A stretch of 64,000 nt of DNA from Tubulanus polymorphus (lineage: Eukaryota; Animalia; Nemertea). The position numbers were made by a program, and so were the translations under genes. Below are positions 1-12,258 of the stretch, in pieces. The stretch's first letter is position 1. Every line of letters begins with the position of its first letter. A model generated the notes under the pieces. That model made no database searches and was not told where the DNA came from. It worked only from the letters and a program-made list of their open reading frames with translations. The DNA is taken from the NCBI RefSeq assembly GCF_964204645.1, contig NC_134027.1, positions 17,880,560-17,944,559 on the forward strand, in the 5' to 3' direction.

Positions 1-146
1 ATTGAATTGTCGCGGGCGACAAAACCAAAAAAATGAATTGTCGCGGGCGATAAAACCAAAATCTTGAATTGTCGCGAGCGACAAAACCAAAATATTGAAT
101 TGTCGCGACAAAACCAAATTATTTATTCGTCGCGGGTGACAAAACA
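1..146. repeat. 31-bp tandem repeat array, left part (runs off the window edge)
   Basis: Units like aattgtcgcgggcgataaaaccaaaataatg; the same array resumes at 1416 after an insertion. Confidence 0.95.
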
Positions 147-1415
147 AACTAGGGGTCCAGGGACACCATGCCCACTTCGGAAGTGGTTCCAAATGCTCAA
201 CAATCTAACAATTTCGATATTGAACGCCCCCTGGTGACCATATACAAAATCCAATGAACTTGAAACTCACCACAATCATAGAACATGTCAGCAGCTACGA
301 TTTTGTAATTGATTGTGATAACAAAATATGCCTCGTTACCAATTTAATATGCAAATACTAAGTTATTCTACTATTTAACGCCCCCTGGTGACCATATTCA
401 AAACCCAATTACCTCGAAACTTACCACAATCATAGAACATGTCACGAACTACAACTTTGTTATCGATCATGGTAACAAAATACGCCTAGGTACCAATATA
501 ATAAGGAAATATTAAGTTATTCTACTATTCAACGCCCCCTGGTGACCATATAGAAAAAACTATTTTCCTTAAAACTCGCAACAATCATAGATGATGTCAT
601 GAGCTACAACTTACCGATTGATTGTGGTTACAAAATATGCATAGGTGCGCATATAATATAGAAATGCTAAGATATTGCATTATTCAACGCCCCCATACAC
701 AAAATCCATATACAAAATCCAATGACCTTCAAACTCACCACAATCATAGAACACGTTATGAGCTACAACTTTCTAAATGATTTTGGTAACAAAATACGCT
801 TAGGTATCAATATAATGTGGAAAAACTTTTTCCCACTTACGAATGAGTACTGGTGACACCAAGATGGCCGCCAATTGCGTCATAATTGGCTGATGAAAAA
901 TACCTGTCTCGGGTATAAAACATCCCTTGCCAAAGAATACCCATCACAAATTACAATGAGAAATGGTAAACCAGTAGGAAGCTACAGGACTCAGAAGTCG
1001 GGCCAAAATAAACATTTTTTGCCACTAAAAAGGTCATAGGACGGCCATCTTGAGTCCGATCGACCCAATTTTTGTTATGCTGATGGGCCCTGGAGGGATT
1101 CACATATATCCGAAAGATCAAGGTAATTGATCAAAGCGTCTTCAAAATTTCCCTCAAAAAGTTCAAAAACGTGTATAAAGTGCTGATTTTGGCGAACAAC
1201 AATGGCTGCCAGTCGGCCATCTTGAATCTGACAGGGCCAGTTTTTGGGCTGAAGATGTGTCTAGGGTAGATACACGTGTAACCCAAACATCAAGACGTTA
1301 CCTTGAAGCGTCTTGAAAACTTCCCTAAATGACTGGATTCCGTCTACGGACGGACCGACGGACGAAAAGTGAACGCAATAGCCCACTGGGACTTAAGTCC
1401 CAAGTGGGCTAAAAA
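147..1415 (-). mobile_element. Non-autonomous Helentron/HINE (DINE-1-like) element, family 1, full-length, inserted in the 31-bp array
   Basis: Minus strand starts ttttt-agcccacttgggacttaagtcccagtgggct (hairpin containing the subterminal IR), then a (gtcc)-like microsatellite and about 4 units of 154 bp (aacgcccc at 223, 377, 531, 686). It ends aagtgggcatggtgtccctggacccctagtt. Inserted at an AA/TT site with no TSD. Confidence 0.8.
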
Positions 1416-2395
1416 TGAATTGTCGCGGGCGATAAAACCAAAATCTTGGATTGTCGCGGGCGAAAAACCAAAATATTGAATTGTCGCGACAAAACCAAAA
1501 TATTGATTTGTCGCGGGTGACAAAACCAAACTAATGAATTGTCGCCGGCGATAAAACCAAAATAATGAATTGTCGCTGGCGATAAAACCAAAATATATAA
1601 TTGTCGCAGGCGATAAAACCAAAATATTGAATTGTCGCGTGGGACAAAACTAAAATATTGAATTGTCGCGGGCGACAAAACCAAACTAATGAATTGTCAC
1701 GGGCAATAAAACCAAAATAATGAATTGTTGCGAGCGATTAAACCAAAATAATGAATTGTCGCTGGCGATTAAACCGAAATATTGAATTGTCGCAAGCGAT
1801 AAAACCAAAATATTGAAGTGTCGCAGGCGATAAAACTGCGACAAAAAAAAATTGTCGCGGGCGATAAAACCAAAATAATGAATTGTCGCGTGCGACAAAA
1901 CCAAAATAATGAATTGTCGCAGGCGATAAAACCAAAATAATGAATCGTCGCGGGCGACAAAACCAAACTAATGAATTGTTGTGGGCGATAAAACCAAAAT
2001 AATGAATTGTTGCGGGCGATAAAACCAAAATAATGAATTGTTGCGGGCGATAAAACACCAAAATATTGAATTGTCGCAGGCGATAAAACCGCGAGAAAAA
2101 AAAAATGGCCGCGGGCGATAAAACCAAAATAATGAATTGTCGCGGGCGATAAATCCAAAATAATGAATTGTCGCGGGCGATAAAACCAAAATATTGAATT
2201 GTCGTGGGCGACAAAACCAAAATATTGATTTGTCGCGGGTGACAAAACCAAATTAATGAATTGTCGTGGGCGACAAAACCAAAATATTGATTTGTCGCGG
2301 GTGACAAAACCAAATTAATGAATTGTCGCGGCAATAAAACCAAAATAATGAATTGTCGCGGGGCACAAAACCAAAATTATTGTTTTGTCGCGTTA
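1416..2395. repeat. 31-bp tandem repeat array (about 30 units), each with a ttgtcgc-gg-gcgacaa palindrome
   Basis: Head-to-tail units visible directly; the overlapping repetitive ORFs here are artefacts. Confidence 0.95.
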
Positions 2396-2478
2396 TTTTA
2401 GTTTTGTCGTTTTGTCATAATGTCGCCCTCATTTGCATATACGTGTTTTTTTACGCATGGCCCTTATCAGCCACCATA

Positions 2479-2845
2479 CTAAAGCCTTAAGGTCGCGTAA
2501 AACTCGATAAACACTTCAAGCGACACAGCGAACGATCTCCTTTCCCCCACAGCGAACGCTTAACCTAGTAGAGGCTACTAGCCTATGTAGGCCTATGTAT
2601 ATGCGTAGGCCTAACATCCGGACTGATTTGTCGTAGGCCTATTGAATAACAACCGTCCTAAATATCGTAAATTTTGTTTTGAAGTTCAATCCAATGAGTC
2701 CGTTAATAACCGCAACATTTATACTGTGTTTGTTTGAGACAGTAAATGTCAGTACCGGTAGGCCTAAAGCCTTAAGGTCGCGTAAAACTCGATAAAAACT
2801 TCAAGCGACACAGCGAACGATCTCCTTTCCCCCACAGCGAACACT
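2479..2845. repeat. Direct repeat pair of about 80 bp (near 2479 and 2764)
   Basis: ctaaagccttaaggtcgcgtaaaactcgata...tttcccccacagcgaac occurs twice. Confidence 0.85.
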
Positions 2846-2903
2846 TACTCCGAATGTCAAGTGTGAGTCCAACATATGGATAAGAGTGTTTTATATACTT
2901 GTA

Positions 2904-3700
2904 TTTAGTAAATACCTTGTGCATTTGACAATGATCGGTATGTACTGTAGGAAATATAGAGAATTGATGGTATTGATATAGAGGTTGAAGCCCGCGGCCG
3001 AATATAGTAATATATTCTTTTATTTTGATACCTCATCAACATAACAGCTTTTCTCCGCTATATCTCTTCGGCGTGTTTAGTTTAGGCCTACGACTCCCCG
3101 GTACACTAAAGATTTATCTTAGTAAATACACGGTTAATTTGGTAAAGAAAAATAGGTATTATTAAACTAACTCCTTGAAACCCGCAGCCAAATCACTGGT
3201 AGTAACAAATTAATTTGTACTCGATTTGATTCTCATGATGAGGTGAAACTGGCAGCTGATCCCCGGAACGACGATGTAGTGACACACGTCGATTCGTCGA
3301 TGTTTAGTAAATACCTTGTGCATTTGACAATGATCGGTATGTACTGTAGGAAATATAGAGTATTGATGGTATTGATATAGAGGTTGAAGCCCGCGGCCGA
3401 ATAAAGTAATATATTATTTTATTTAAATTTAATTTAATTTTAATTTAAATACCTCGTCGACATAACAGCTTTTCTCCGCTATATCTCTTCGGCGTGTTTC
3501 GTTTAGGCCTACGACTCCCCGGTACACTTATGATTTGTCTTAGTAAATACACGGTTAATTTAATAAAGAAAAATAGGTATTGCTAAACTAACTGCATGAC
3601 GCCCGCAGCCAAATCACTGGTAGTAATAAATTAATTTGTACTCGATTTGATTCTCAGCCCCGGAACGACGATGTAGTGACACACGTCGATGTGTCGATGT
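2904..3700. repeat. Tandem duplication of a unit of about 399 bp
   Basis: tttagtaaataccttgtgcatttgacaatgatcgg starts at 2904 and 3303, and similarity continues over the whole unit. Confidence 0.9.
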
Positions 3701-4107
3701 TTACGGCTCGACAAGGCTTTTAAAATCTAAAGTAGTAAATTTCCTGTGTATCAGTAATATAATTTGATGAGGAAAATGGGTTACTGTTAAAATTAGTTTT
3801 TAAAAACCGCGACAGAATGTGCAATTTTTCGGTAATAAATTTGTTAATTTATGCTTAAATTGATAATCGATGTGACAAGAAACGTGCGGTAGATTTCGGA
3901 AAGACGACTTAGAAAAACATGTCGGCTCTTTGAATGGGGCTCAATTTTCGATGTTTACGGCCCGACAGTGCTTTTGTAACGTTGATTCTTCAAAATTCGC
4001 ACGGAGTATTTGTAGATCGAACTGAGCTGAATGATATCAGACGGATTGTATCGGCAACAGCGGTAATGTAAAAAAGCCTATGTACTTTTGACAAAAAATG
4101 TGTGGAA

Positions 4108-4305
4108 AAAAATAATAATAATAATAATAATAAGAAACACGCGCATCTCAATAGGGTTTTCTGTGATGTAACAGAAAACCCTAATAATAAGAAACACGCG
4201 AATCTCAATAGGGTTTTCTGTGATGTAACAGAAAACCCTAATAATAATGATAAGAAACACGCGAATCTCAATAGGGTTTTCTGTGATGTAACAGAAAACC
4301 CTAAT
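4108..4305 (-). repeat. Three tandem 57-60 bp units with a perfect hairpin plus (aat)n; probable triplicated terminus of a second HINE family
   Basis: tagggttttctgt-gatgta-acagaaaacccta three times; a related hairpin followed by (tta)n occurs at about 28483-28545 on the + strand. Confidence 0.7.
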
Positions 4306-4325
4306 TAAGAGATTCAGAAGAAGAG

Positions 4326-5147
4326 ATGAATAGTACTGGAATAAATCGAATGCAATCTTTACTAGAAAAAGGATTACTTGATTTAACTGATGAAGAATTA
4401 AAAGAATTTCCTGAACAAGCACGAAGAGAAATTAAAGGTATGCAAGAATCATCTGATGAAATTGCTAATATTAAGATGAGATTTTCTAAAATAACCATGT
4501 TAAAAAAAGAATTAACTAATGCAGATGAAGAATTAAAACAATTAGAATTAAATAGGGATCATCAAGTAATAGAGGAAGCTGATTATGAAAGCAGAAAGTT
4601 AGCTTTAGTAAAAGAAATAGATGACTTAGAATATAACATAGAATTACAAAAAGAAGAAAGAGATACATTATTAAAATCATATGATCTTAATCATATTAAA
4701 AAATTAAATGTTATTTTTAAAGATTTGTTGATAAAACCAAATTCTGAAATATCATTAAAAGATAGAATAAGATTATTATTTAAGTTAGAAGGTATAACAA
4801 TTCTTTCAATTCTAACATCTGTAACTATGTTATTTACAACAATTGGTTTAGCTATATCAAATGCTTTGAAATCTACTCCTACTCCCAATAAACCGGATAA
4901 ACCCCCAGATAATAATTCTATACAAGATAAAGTTAAGGATGGTTTAAAGAAATTAGCAAAATATTTATGGGAACTATCTAAAAAATCTGCCGCAGCTTTA
5001 CCAGGAATTATTGCATCAATTGTTGGTTTTATATTGAAATCTGCAGGAAACATTATTAACCTTGCTGCTGAACATATTATTTTATTTTTAATTACAGTTG
5101 TAAGTGCAATTATTTTTGGGTTAGTAAACATGTTCAAAAATAAATAA
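4326..5147 (+). CDS. Coiled-coil plus membrane protein of a Polinton/Maverick-like element (possibly N-terminally truncated)
   Basis: 273 aa, very AT-rich and intronless. Lys/Glu-rich coiled coil, then hydrophobic segments RIRLLFKLEGITILSILT and KSAAALPGIIASIVGFIL, which I recall from ORFs next to capsid genes in invertebrate Polinton-like elements. Confidence 0.6.
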   Translation: MNSTGINRMQSLLEKGLLDLTDEELKEFPEQARREIKGMQESSDEIANIKMRFSKITMLKKELTNADEELKQLELNRDHQVIEEADYESRKLALVKEIDDLEYNIELQKEERDTLLKSYDLNHIKKLNVIFKDLLIKPNSEISLKDRIRLLFKLEGITILSILTSVTMLFTTIGLAISNALKSTPTPNKPDKPPDNNSIQDKVKDGLKKLAKYLWELSKKSAAALPGIIASIVGFILKSAGNIINLAAEHIILFLITVVSAIIFGLVNMFKNK

Positions 5148-5166
5148 TTAATTTTTTGTTAAATAA

Positions 5167-6173
5167 ATGAGTGGGAGTTATATCAATCCTTCTAAGAATC
5201 ATAGAATATCTAATGCTATTAAAGCAGAAAGATCACATCATATAATTACTCATAATCCTTCAAATATTAATCCCGATGAAACTTTATATGTTAGAATTCC
5301 TAGATTAACACAAAATACTTTTTATGTTCCAAATAGTATTTATTTATCAGCCGATATAAAAGTAATCGGTAATAATAATAATTATGTTGTTGATAATGTT
5401 GGAAGATATTTGATTAAAAAATTAACAATAAAGATTGGTCCAGAAACAGTTTTCTCATTAGATGATTATAATTTATTTATGCATTATTAAGATTTATGGT
5501 TAACTAAAGAAAATAGAAATAATATGATATTTCAAGGAATCCAATCAGAAAACCAAAATAAATTAAGATCGGAAGCTAATAGCGCAATATTAACTAATGC
5601 TGTAGATAAATTGATAAAAAGTATATATGGAAGCAAATATAAAATTCCATTAGACTTTGAATTGATAAATAACAATGCACCTTTATATAAATACGCAATT
5701 CAAGAAGACGTTATATTCGAAATAACATTTGCTCCTGTAAATGAAATTGTATTATCTAGCGTTAATAAAGATATGAGTTATAAATTATCGAATATATGTT
5801 TAGAATATGATACAGTAACTGATGAAAATATTTCAAGTATAATTCAAACTCAATACAATCAAGGATTTTCATTATTATATGATTATATTGATAAATTTAA
5901 AACTGTAACTATTAATGCAAATGATGAAATTATTAATGAGAATATTAACTTCCCAAGAAGATCTATTAAAGGTATATTAATATTTTTTACCATTGCAACA
6001 TATACTAATGGCGCAATAAATGTTGATAATTATTATAATCCTGAAATAACAAAAGTAGAAATAACTATCGAAGGAATAGCAAATAAATTTTTTGTCAAGG
6101 AATGAGAATGATTGATCAATGGCCAGAAATTAGAAAACATTTTATGAATGAAAAAGTGAAATCATCTGAAAAT
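5167..6173 (+). pseudogene. Putative double-jelly-roll major capsid protein of a Polinton/Maverick-like virus, disrupted
   Basis: ORFs 5167-5490 and 5524-6105 share a frame and are split by one TAA (HY*DLW). A frameshift near 6090 continues into QGMRMIDQWPEIRKHF. Motifs THNPS, IPLDFE, LSNICLEY, SIKGIL, YNPEITKVEITIEG. Truncated by the BEL LTR. Confidence 0.65.
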
Positions 6174-6726
6174 TGTAACGTGACGTATATTTCCACACCG
6201 CTTGGCTTCATAGCCAGTGAGGTATTATCATATTACTACAGTTCTACTGGCTATGTAAATCATTTCTACGTGTGTTATACGTCACGAGCACTGTCAGCAA
6301 CTACGATCAACGAAAACGACGGAATAGCTTCGACTCGGATTTTATTTACGACTTCAAAATAACGAGTACCGAGTACCGGTTTGCTACAATACAAAAACAA
6401 CTAAATGAGTAACAATACAATAAAAATAGCGGAAAATTGTGATAATTTGATAACTTACAATTGCTATATCCAGCCATAGCGTAGTGCTGGCATACTTCTA
6501 ATACGAATGACAGGATAAGACTGTGCATTTACAAAAATGCCCCGAAAATTTATACGGTTAGAAATTCATGGTTTACTAAATCTATTCAATTCTACGTGAA
6601 GCAAAACGCGAAGGATTTAAGGATAATACGAAAATACTGCATACAAATCCAACAGTATTGGTACACAATTTCAACAATACCGGTAAAGGAAGCACAAATT
6701 TAACTTTATATACATAGATTTCAACA
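6174..6726 (-). repeat. BEL 3' LTR (about 553 bp)
   Basis: 6333-6726 matches 12259-12666 with about 7 substitutions; 6174-6332 has no counterpart in the other LTR. Confidence 0.8.
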
Positions 6727-6831
6727 CGGCACCTCCTTGACATTCGTAATATCACGGTGTCAACAAGCAAATATATTTATATACATCATCTAGCAACATT
6801 CAATTTTAATTCATTAGCATACAATAATCAT

Positions 6832-9800
6832 TCATTCTATACTTTCCTCCAGAACACATAATTTCGATACTGGACGTACATACTCCCCTGATGCCGATTT
6901 TACCTTTACTGTGCGAACACGACCATCAGCAACACTTGGGTATGCGTTTACAATACGCCCTAGAGACCATTGGCCCCTAGGAGCATCTTTATTAACGAGT
7001 AGAACTAAATCTCCTACTTTTACATTTTTATTTTCAACTAACCACTTGCCGCTCACAGTTAACTTCGGCAAATATTCTAACAACCATCGTCGCCACACAT
7101 GATCAGCCAGAACTTGGCACTGTCGCCAGCGTTTGCGACTATTTATCTCTTGTTCATGAAATACTCATTGGGGAGTCACAGAGGAGTCACCTCCGTGAAG
7201 AAAGTGATTTGGAGTAATTGGGGTATAATAGCGTGGATCAGAACTATTATAGGTCAATGGACGACTATTTATTGCAGCCTCTACTTCTATAAGTGTCGTT
7301 CGTAATACATTTTCATGAAATGATTGACGCTTCAAAACTGATTTAAGTGCGTTCTTAACTGTTCTCACTAATCGCTCCCAAGCTCCACCAAAATGCGGAG
7401 CACAGGGTGGATTAAAAACCCACTTAATGCCTCTTTCAAGACAAAAATTCGAAATTCGTGACTGATTCAACTGAACTAAACATTCCTTCAACTCCCTATC
7501 AGCCCCCACAAAATTAGTACCATTGTCACTATAAATTTCGCAAGGCTGACCTCGACGACCAATGAACCTACGAACTACCATCAAAAAAGTATCCGTATCC
7601 AAGGAATCAGCTAAGTCTAAGTGTACGGCTCTAGTTACCAAGCAAGTAAATAGGCACCCCCAAACTTTAACTAAAGATCGACCTCTTTTTACGTGCAAAG
7701 GCCCGAAATATAGTCAACGCCTGAAAAATGAAAAGGCTTACAATGACTCGTAGTACGATAAACAGGTAAGTTCGCCATAAAGGGAACTTTGGGCTTAACT
7801 GAACGACGACGACAACCGAAACACTTTGAAATAATTCGCTTAGCAACTAATCTGGCTTTAATTGGCCAATATCTTTGTCGTATCAATGATATTGTGTGCT
7901 CAGGTCCGGCATGAAAATTAGAAAGATGTTCTTTCTGCACTAGCAAGTCCGTAATGTGATGACTATATGGGAGAAGAATCTGGTATCTAGCCTCTATGTG
8001 TACATAGGGAGCGCTGTGGATTCTCCCACCAACACGTATATAATTACCATCAAAAAACGGATCAAGGCAACGTAAAGAGCTACGTTCCATTAGCCTGCTC
8101 TCTTTAATACAAATATAATCCTCAGGGAAACCCTCCTTTTGAGCCTGAGTTATTATGCAACATTCCGCAAACTGCAGTTCCTCGGGAAGCAAGGTACCAG
8201 CTTTCATGGCTTTAAATCCTAATCTTTGAACTGCAGAAGCAAAATTCTTCACTGCGCGTATAATCCAAGCAGCTCGGCGCAACAAGGGATACCAAAGCGA
8301 AAAGTTTTCTGGCTCAATGAAACCATGCAAATCAACAACTCTCTCATGAATATTTGCTGAGAACGATGAAACTTTATTCACTGATCTGACAACTCGTACA
8401 TTTTCATCCGCGTCAGAAATATAACCAACTTGAGGCTGGGAAGGCCAACTATTTTCCGATTGTTTTAGAAAATCGGGACCATCAAACCACCTATGGGAAA
8501 TCTCTAATTGTGAACCGCTTAGACCGCGAGTACAATCATCGGCTGGATTGCAATCAGTCGAAACAAACTTCCACTGATTTACCGAGGACACTTCTCGAAT
8601 TTCTGCAATCCTATTAGCAACAAAGGTTTTAAACCGTTTTTTCTCATTACCGATGTAACGTATAACAGTCTGAGAATCTGTCCAGTACGTCACTGCCTTT
8701 ATCTCAGAAATCTCGGCCTTTAAAGTTTCAGCGAGACGAACAGCCAAAACAGCACCCTGTAATTCCAACTTAGGTATAGTCAGAGGGTGTTTGTTGGGAG
8801 CCAAATGCGTTTTAGAAGCGGTAAAAGAGCACAAATTCTCATTATCCATAGAATAACAAAGATATGCAACCGCACCAAATGCGCGTTCTGAGGCGTCACA
8901 AAAGACATGTAATTGTAATTCATCATCAAGCGATGATAATCGCACATGATGACGAGGGATACTCAAGTTATGGAGCATTAATAAATCATCCTGCCATATG
9001 CGCCATCTATTAGACAAATCAACCGAGATTTCATCATCCCAATTATATCCACAACTCCAAATATCTTGTAACAGGAACTTAGCGCGCAGTATAAATGGAG
9101 ACAAAAAACCTAGTGGGTCGAAAACAGAGAAAACGGCGCTCAGAATTCCTCTTTTAGTAGAAGGGACATCTTTTACAACAGGTTTACAAATGAAGGAATC
9201 ACTTTGAGCATTCCATTTAACTCCTAACGCACGTTCTAACGGTAAGTCGCTCAAATCTAAATCTAAAGACGGATTCGCGCGTTTTTCGGCTGGGATATGA
9301 GATAAAACCTCTTAACTAGACGACATCCACTTAGTAAGGTAAAAACCACCTCTAGAGAGAATCTCAGACACTTCACCATAAATTCGCAAAACGACGTTTG
9401 AACCGGGAAGCGATTTTACAAAATCGTCGACGAAAATGTCTTTAACAACTGAACTAACCACCAAACTACTGAAACAATCCGCATTATCGAGAGCCGAACG
9501 TTTCAGTGCATAATTAGCACAACAAGGCGAATATCTCGCACCGAAAATGTGTACTTGCATCTTGTAAACATCAGGATAACCAGATGACGCATCCGGTCGC
9601 CAAAGAAACCTCAAAGAATTCGAGTCTTTCTCGGAAGTCCTCACCTGATGAAACATAGCCTGGACGTCTGCCACCAGAGCCGTTTCGTATAGGCGAAATC
9701 TTTGAATAACCCCAAACAAACTATTCAAAAGATCCGGACCCGTCATCAACAAGCTACTCAATGAACTTCCCTGAAATTTCGAGGCGGCGTCAAATACAAC

Positions 9801-12226
9801 CCTAAATTTATTTGGTTTGATTGGGTTTTTAACACAGTGATGTGGGATGTACCATGTTCTAGAACCTGACTTACGAGCCTCTTCAGGAGATAACTTTTGT
9901 GCATACCCGTCTGAAATGTAACCATTCAAGGTATTACTGTAACCTTCTTTCATAATCTCATCTTTCTCTAATCTATCCATTAACAACCTAAATCTCCGAT
10001 GAGCTAATTGAAAATTGTTAGGTAAAACGCTATCTTCATCCCGCCACAACATCCCAACTTCATAGTGCCCATTAACAAGATGAGTGGAATTTGTTAAAAT
10101 AGCTAAACTCTTTTCATCTTCAATAGACCCAGTTCGATCAGGGTAAATAACGCCAAAGGACTCAGTTGACCAAAACCTTTCTATCTGCTGCGAAATTATA
10201 GATTCATCTAACAAAGAATCACTAACGATTGATTGAACATGAACCCTATTTACGTTATTAGAATCTACGTCAGTCATACCGCCTAAAAGACACCATCCTA
10301 ATTTAGTTCTTATAGCAACGGGTTGACTAGGAGTACCTTCTCTGACCTCTAATTGTAAATGAACCTGTGGCACGTTAGCACCAAGGAGAACCTGAACCTT
10401 ATCAGAGAGAACTTCAGAAAAATCAATTCCATTCAAATGAGCTAGTTTTTTCACACCTGTTTCATTTACTTTCTGAAGCGGGAACGCAACGTGATGGTCG
10501 AACAACACTAGAATGTAGGGTATTTATTGTTAGCATTTGCGTCTTACCAGGCAGCCCTAAATCGGCGGCCAAACTATCTTGTATCATAGTGATATCACTG
10601 CCCGAGTCTAGCAAACCATATGTGGCGATTCGACGACCGTTCTTGCCTTGAACTATGATCGGTAGTACCTGAAAATATACATTTGTGCAATTACTATCAG
10701 CGCTCAAAACCGTATTTTGCCCAATTGCCTTTTCAGTATTATACTCAATATTACATTGAAAATCATCAGACTTTCCAGAAGCCACCATCTGACCAGAGTT
10801 TGACCACACATTATCAGAATTATTTGTAGGTAACTGAATTTGACGTTGATTTTGCAATAGTGTATGATGCTTTTTACCACATTCTGTTTCTTAACACCTA
10901 ATTGTTGACAAACAAGACTTCAGATAATGTCCCTGAGCTAAACAGTTAATACACAAACGATTAGACTTGACAAACGTGAATCTTCGTTCAACGGGTTTCT
11001 CTAAAAACAATCTACACTTGCTTAAATTGTGATTTTACATTTTACATTTTGTAGTTTGACTTCTTGAATTCAAAACAAAAGATTTAGACTTATTCAAGCT
11101 TTCATTATTGAAATTACTAGCGCGCCTGGGTTTACTTTGCAATGAAAACGGACCGAAATCAGCATCGACACAGTCCTTGAGCCAATTTTCAAGATCTACT
11201 AAAGTGAGATCCCGCTGCCGATATATGCGACGAGCGAAATCATTCCACTTTGAACGCTTGTCAATTGGCAAACGTTTTGACAGTTTTTGGCAACAAATCA
11301 CTACTACCTATTTCTGAGGTATAGTTCATCTGATTCAATGTAATTAAACAATCTCTGACAGAAATATAAAAATTACGTAATGAAATAGAGTCATAAGGAT
11401 TAACTACCGGACCATTAGTTATGGAATCAATATAAGCTCTTCCTACATGTACACGCTGACCAAAAACAAATTTCAATTCCTTAAGGGATCGCGCGTAATT
11501 CTTTCCACTAAATCCAAGACCCTGAATAAGCTTCTTTGCCTCACCTTTGACGTGTGTCTGTAAAGCATCCATTCTCCTGGTATCTTTGATACCGGGGCGG
11601 CAATGAATTTGAGCATGAAACTGTTCAATGAAACGCGGCCATTGAAGTGTGGAGCCATCAAATGTCGTCAGTTCCACCTTCGGCAAGTCTTGGTCAATCT
11701 GCATCTTGACGACAGCTTCCTCGAGGGATGAAATAACAGTTTCCGGTCCAATTACCGTTTCCATTCCTTCTACGAGATCGTCGATCCAAGCATCAATTGT
11801 TGAACGATTCATCAGGTTAGACTCTTGTTCTTGCTCCGTACTAGACATCTGTCTCGCATCTTGCGATTGCGAGCCACTCGCAAAAGGTACAGCAGTAGGA
11901 TTTAAACGTGAGCCAGCCGCAGTTGGAACTCTCGACGATTCAACGGTTTCTAATTGCTTGAGGGCATCCATTGCTCGGTCGTAATAACCCTCGAACCAAT
12001 CTTCGGCCTTTTCGATTTCATGATCATCCTCCAAATAAGTAACATAACGATTGTGTGCAGTTTGAAGAGAACTCAAACTGCCAGTAACACGCAATTTAGC
12101 GGATTCGACGGCCGATAAACAGGTAATTGTAGCGGCCTTATCTATCGCACGTGTCAACCAACCGGCTAAACTCGATCTCGTATCTTTCGTTTTCTTCGAC
12201 TGAGATTTTTCGTCGACGACTGACAT
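6832..12226 (-). pseudogene. BEL/Pao gag-pol polyprotein with frameshifts and stops
   Basis: DUF1759-type gag (LTTFDGSTLQWPRF), protease LLDSGSDIT, RT (RVVFDAAS, FVDDF), RNase H/peptidase A17 (LHVFCDASERAFGAVAY, TIPKLEL), integrase (H..H..C..C, SDNGTNF, GGAWERL), DUF5641-type tail (WRRWLLEYL, GRVRTVKVK). Confidence 0.93.
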
Positions 12227-12258
12227 CGTGAACTTGAAATATACGTACAATAATTGCT

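Noticed and set aside
1344-2343. Repetitive ORFs (MVLSPAT...)
   Set aside because: Translations of the tandem repeat in several frames; no evidence of coding.
1416-2395. CRISPR-like array (31-bp palindromic repeats)
   Set aside because: Units are contiguous with no unique spacers, there are no cas genes, and the context is eukaryotic.
3990-4308. ORFs with repeated NRVFCDVTENP or its antisense
   Set aside because: By-products of the 57-60 bp hairpin repeat.
4306-6173. Bacterial or organellar insertion suggested by extreme AT content
   Set aside because: The proteins resemble eukaryotic Polinton-like virus ORFs rather than any bacterial or mitochondrial gene I recognise.
6346-6528. Duplicated small ORF MHSLILSFVLEV (also 12268-12468)
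   Set aside because: Lies inside the two BEL LTRs; duplication is explained by LTR identity.
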